The notes under the pieces are model-generated. The model worked only from the letters and a program-made list of their open reading frames with translations, did not search any database and was not told the DNA's origin. A stretch of DNA of 64,000 nucleotides from Candidatus Eiseniibacteriota bacterium (GTDB lineage: Bacteria > Eisenbacteria > RBG-16-71-46). Both the position numbers and the translations under genes were made by a program. The stretch's first letter is position 1. Each line of letters opens with the position of its first letter. The stretch spans positions 224,001 through 288,000 of the forward strand of contig CAVUWA010000004.1 of assembly GCA_963744995.1 (NCBI GenBank). Reading direction: 5' to 3'. This document shows, piece by piece, positions 59,077-64,000 of the stretch.

Positions 59077-59718
59077 GTGCATCCCGATCCCCTGCGAACG
59101 CTCGCCGTGCTCGCCTCCGGACAGGGCACCAACTTCGAAGCGCTCGCGCGCGCCGCCGCGCGGCGCGAACTGGGCGGTCGTATCGCCGTGCTTCTCTCCG
59201 ATCGTCCCGATGCGCCCGCGCTGGACCGCGCACGCCGCCACGGCATCGAGGCGCTGCATCTTCCGCCCGGGCGCTTTCGCACCCGGCTCGAGGACGAGGC
59301 GTCGTGGATCGACGCGCTCACCGCACGCGGGATCGAAGTGGTGCTGCTCGCCGGATTCATGCGCCGCCTCCACGACCCGTTCCTCGCCGCGTTCCCGGGC
59401 GGAATCCTCAATCTTCATCCCTCGCTGCTGCCGGCGTTCCCGGGGCTCGACGCGATCGGACAGGCGTTCCGGCACGGCGTGCAGCTGACCGGCTGCACGG
59501 TGCATCTCGTGGACGGCGGGCTCGACAGCGGCCCGATCGTCGCGCAGCGCGCGATCGAGGTGCGCGACGACGACACGCTCGAGTCGCTCGCGGCCCGCAT
59601 GCACGAGGCCGAGCACGCGCTCTACCCGTACGCCGTGCGGCGCTACCTCACCGAGCCCTGGCGGATCGAGGGGCGGCGGCTGGTGTTCGAGCGCGCCTCC
59701 GAGGCGAGCCGTGGCTGA
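59077..59718 (+). CDS. purN: Phosphoribosylglycinamide formyltransferase
   Basis: SGQGTNF, LAGFMR, NLHPSLLP.FPG, GCTVH, DSGPI. Confidence 0.95.
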   Translation: MHPDPLRTLAVLASGQGTNFEALARAAARRELGGRIAVLLSDRPDAPALDRARRHGIEALHLPPGRFRTRLEDEASWIDALTARGIEVVLLAGFMRRLHDPFLAAFPGGILNLHPSLLPAFPGLDAIGQAFRHGVQLTGCTVHLVDGGLDSGPIVAQRAIEVRDDDTLESLAARMHEAEHALYPYAVRRYLTEPWRIEGRRLVFERASEASRG

Positions 59719-60478
59719 GCGCACGCCCCTGGACGCCGTGCTGCTCGACGCCGGCGGCACGCTGGTGCGGCTCGACTACGAATGGATCGCGGAAACGGTG
59801 TCGGCGCTCGGCCATGCCGTGGACGCCGCGACGCTCAGGCGCGCGGAAATCGAAGGGCGCCGTCGTTACGATGCGAGCGGCGGCACGCCGCTCGGGGAGG
59901 AAGAGCGGCATCCCGCGCTCGGCAGCAGCGGCGACATCCGCGCCTACTTTGCCGGCATGCTGGAGGCTGCCGGCGTGCCGCCGGCGCTCGCCGGGCCCGC
60001 CGAAGCCGCGATGCACGCGCGGCAGGCCGGGACGATCGGATTGTGGGCGCGCACGGTGGAAGGCGCGCCCGCGGCGCTCGCCGGCCTGCGCTCGCTCGGG
60101 CTCCGGCTGGCCGTGGTGTCGAACTCGGACGGCCGCGCCGAAGCGCATCTCGTTCATGGCGGCGTGCGCGAGGGAATCGAGTTCGTCGTCGACTCGCAGC
60201 TCGTCGGCGTCGAGAAGCCCGATCCCGGCATCTTTCGCATCGCGCTCGAACGCATGGGTGTTGCGGCGCAACGCGCGCTCTACGTGGGTGACATCCGCTC
60301 GGTGGACGAGCGCGGCGCCCGCGCCGCCGGGATGCACGTCGTGATCCTCGACCCGTACGGCGACTACGTACCGGCGGAGCGCGCGGCGGTCGCGGCGATC
60401 GGCGACCTGCCGGCCTGGATCCGGACCCGCTTCGAAACCCCGAACGAGGCCGCGCGCGCCGCCGCGCGGGACTCATGA
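59711..60478 (+). CDS. HAD-superfamily hydrolase
   Basis: DAGGTL, VSNSD, EKPDP.IF, VGD...D. Confidence 0.9.
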   Translation: MAERTPLDAVLLDAGGTLVRLDYEWIAETVSALGHAVDAATLRRAEIEGRRRYDASGGTPLGEEERHPALGSSGDIRAYFAGMLEAAGVPPALAGPAEAAMHARQAGTIGLWARTVEGAPAALAGLRSLGLRLAVVSNSDGRAEAHLVHGGVREGIEFVVDSQLVGVEKPDPGIFRIALERMGVAAQRALYVGDIRSVDERGARAAGMHVVILDPYGDYVPAERAAVAAIGDLPAWIRTRFETPNEAARAAARDS

Positions 60479-60496
60479 CCGAGGAGGACATCCACG

Positions 60497-61428
<932 letters not shown>

Positions 61429-61432
<4 letters not shown>

Positions 61433-62988
61433 CCCCGGGCGCGCCTGCCGGCTGGCCGCGCACCGCGCTGCTGTCCCTCGCCGACAAGCGCGGCGCCGCC
61501 GCGTTCGCGCGCGCGCTCGCCGCGCGGGGCACGAAACTGATCGCCTCGGGCGGGACCGCGAAGGCGCTCGAGACGGAGGGGCTCGAGGTCACCGCGGTCG
61601 AGAAGTGGACCGGCTTCAGCGATCTGCTCGGCGGCCGCGTGAAGACGCTGCATCCGCACGTCCATGCGCCGATCCTGGCGCGGCGCGCCGTGCGCGAGGA
61701 CATCGCCGCGCTCGCCGAACGCGAGCTCGAGCCGATCGATCTGGTGGCGGTGACGCTCTATCCGTTCGAGTCGCGCGCCCCGGGGCTCGACGAGGCCGGC
61801 GCGGTCGAGGAGATCGACATCGGCGGCGTCGCGCTGCTGCGCGGCGCGGCCAAGAATTTCGCCGACGTGATCGTGGTGCACGCGGCCTCGCAGTACGACG
61901 AGGTGCTGGCGGCGCTCGAAGCGGGCGTGACGCTCGAGCAGCGGCGGGTCTGGGCCGCGGCGACCTTCGCGCGCACGTCGCGCTACGACGCCGCGATCGC
62001 CGCGGATCTCGCGCGGCGCGGTGCGGCGGGGGGCGAGGCGGACGCGCTTCCGGCGCGCATCGACTTCGCGCTCGAGCGGGTGCGCGGGCTGCGCTACGGC
62101 GAGAACCCGCACCAGCATGCCGCGCTCTACCTGCGCGCGGGCGACGCGGGCGGCCTGCAGGCGACGCGTGAAGGCAAGGCGCTTTCGTACAACAATCTGG
62201 TGGACCTCGAAGCGGCGGTGAGGCTCGCCGGCGACTTCGCGGACCCGGCGTGCGTGATCGTGAAACACAACGAGCCGTGCGGCGCTGCGATCGGCGGCAC
62301 GCCGGCCGAGGCCTACGACGCGGCGCTCGCCTCGGATCCGCTCTCGGCGTTCGGCGGGATCGTCGCGTTCAACCGCCCGCTCGACGCCGACACCGCGGCG
62401 CGGGTGGCGAAACAGTTCGTCGAGTGCGTGGCCGCGCCGGAGATCGGAGCGGCGGCGCGCGCGGCGCTCGCCGCCAGGAAGAACCTGCGCGTCATCGAGC
62501 TGGCCGCGGCCGGCGTCGCCATGCCCGGCGCGCTCGCGCTGCGCTTCGTCGGGCCATGGGCACTCGTGCAGTCGGACGATCCGGCGCCGGCGCCCGAGTG
62601 GCGCGTGGTCACGCGCCGCGAGCCGGGCGAGCTCGAATGGGCGGCGCTGCGCTTCGCCTGGCGGGTCGCCGCCGCGGCACGCAGCAACGCGATCGTGATC
62701 GCGCGCGGCGAGGCGCTGATCGGGCTCGGCTCCGGCCAGACGAGCCGCGTGGACGCGGTGGATCTCGCCCTGATGAAGGCGAAACGCTCGGGCCACGAGG
62801 CGCAGGGCGCGGTGCTGGCCTCGGACGGGTTCTTCCCGTTCGCGGACAACGTCGAGCATGCGGCGCAGGCCGGCATCACGGCGATCGTCCAGCCCGGCGG
62901 CTCGGTGCGCGACGCCGAGGTGATCGAGGCCGCCGACCGGTTCGGCATCGCGATGGTGTTCACGGATCGCCGGGTGTTCCGGCACTGA
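61429..62988 (+). CDS. purH: Bifunctional AICAR transformylase/IMP cyclohydrolase
   Basis: GRVKTLHP, IDIGG, LRYGENPHQ, LSYNN, SAFGG, GQTSRVD, SDGFFPF, QPGGS. Confidence 0.95.
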
Positions 62989-62998
62989 TGGAGGACGG

Positions 62999-64000
62999 GT
63001 GAGCGCTCGAACGCGCAGCGTGAAGAAGACCAGGCGGAACGCCGGGACGCCGCTGCCGCGCGCCACCTCCCGCGCCGGTCGGGCTTCCCGCTCCGCCGCG
63101 GCGGCGAACGGCGCCGCCGCGGCGCGGCGCCGGGCCGGGGCCAGGGCGCGTCCGGGCGCGACGCGGCCCGCCGCGGCGCCGAAACGCACGGCGCGCGAAC
63201 TGGCCCTGATCCTCGACTTCGGCTCGCAGTACACGCAGTTGATCGCCAGGCGCGTGCGCGAGCTGGGCGTCTACTCCGAGATCGTTCCCGGCACCACGCC
63301 GATCGACGCGATCCGCGCGCGGCGGCCGTCGGTGCTGATCCTCTCGGGGTCGCCGGCGAGTGGCTACCGCGACGCGGCGCCGCTCCCGGACGCGGGCATC
63401 TACGGACTCCACCTGCCGCTGCTCGGAATCTGCTACGGCTTCCAGGTCACCACGCAGCTCACCGGCGGCCGCGTGGCGAAGGCCGAGCGCGCCGAGTACG
63501 GCATCGCGACGTTCGTGCAGGACGCGTCGTCGCCGCTGTTCGCGGGCGTGCCGAAGCGCTTCCGCGCCTGGATGAGCCATGGCGACGAGGTGCAGTCGCT
63601 CGGGCCGGGCTGGGTGAAGGTCGCGCATACCTCGAACTGCACGTTTGCCGCCGCGCGTCACGAGCGGGAGCCGTTTCACCTGATCCAGTTCCATCCCGAG
63701 GTCGTGCACTCGCCGTACGGGAAGAAGGTGCTCGAGAACTTCCTGTTCCGCGTGGCGCGGCTCGAGGGCGGCTGGAGCATGAAGCGTTTCCTCCAGCGCG
63801 CGGTGAAGGAGATCCGCGCGCAGGTCGGGGACGGCCGCATCCTCTGCGGGCTCTCGGGCGGCGTGGACAGCAGCGTCGCCGCCACGCTCTGCCACCGCGC
63901 GATCGGCGAGCGGCTCACCTGTGTGATGGTGGACCACGGCCTGCTGCGCGCGGGCGAGGTCGCGGAGGTGCGCCGGGAACTCGGCGAGAAGCGCGGCCTC
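62999..64000 (+). CDS. guaA: GMP synthase (glutamine-hydrolysing), partial, runs off the window
   Basis: ILDFGSQYTQLIARRVRE, LGICYG, WMSHGD, QFHPEV, GLSGGVDS; absent from the ORF track because no stop codon is reached. Confidence 0.95.
   Translation, partial: MSARTRSVKKTRRNAGTPLPRATSRAGRASRSAAAANGAAAARRRAGARARPGATRPAAAPKRTARELALILDFGSQYTQLIARRVRELGVYSEIVPGTTPIDAIRARRPSVLILSGSPASGYRDAAPLPDAGIYGLHLPLLGICYGFQVTTQLTGGRVAKAERAEYGIATFVQDASSPLFAGVPKRFRAWMSHGDEVQSLGPGWVKVAHTSNCTFAAARHEREPFHLIQFHPEVVHSPYGKKVLENFLFRVARLEGGWSMKRFLQRAVKEIRAQVGDGRILCGLSGGVDSSVAATLCHRAIGERLTCVMVDHGLLRAGEVAEVRRELGEKRGL

Overview
Very GC-rich bacterial chromosomal window. The PorV-like gene, a T9SS/FlgD-like C-terminal domain, a C-terminal 'TSWGKLKTMYR' motif and a DUF222-like HNH gene suggest an FCB-group candidate phylum such as Ca. 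Eisenbacteria (inference only). Housekeeping content: mtgA; a complex I cluster limited to peripheral-arm genes (nuoBCD fusion, E, F, G, I); thiolase plus a 3-hydroxyacyl-CoA dehydrogenase/hydratase fusion; tRNA-Ala(GGC); trpS-scpA-scpB-rluB; an MltD-like LysM transglycosylase; comEC; purN-HAD-purC-purH-guaA. Accessory content: many secreted or membrane hypotheticals, a PARG-like macrodomain gene, an HNH endonuclease gene with internal perfect palindromes next to tandemly duplicated IS481-like ends, an MshEN-PilB/HD-GYP pair, and a probable selenocysteine peroxiredoxin that the ORF track splits at its UGA. At least five genes carry frameshifts (about 6100, 7465, 17103, 24320, 30272, plus the rluB repeat tract); these are most likely long-read assembly errors. 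All family calls come from motif recognition by eye; no searches were run.
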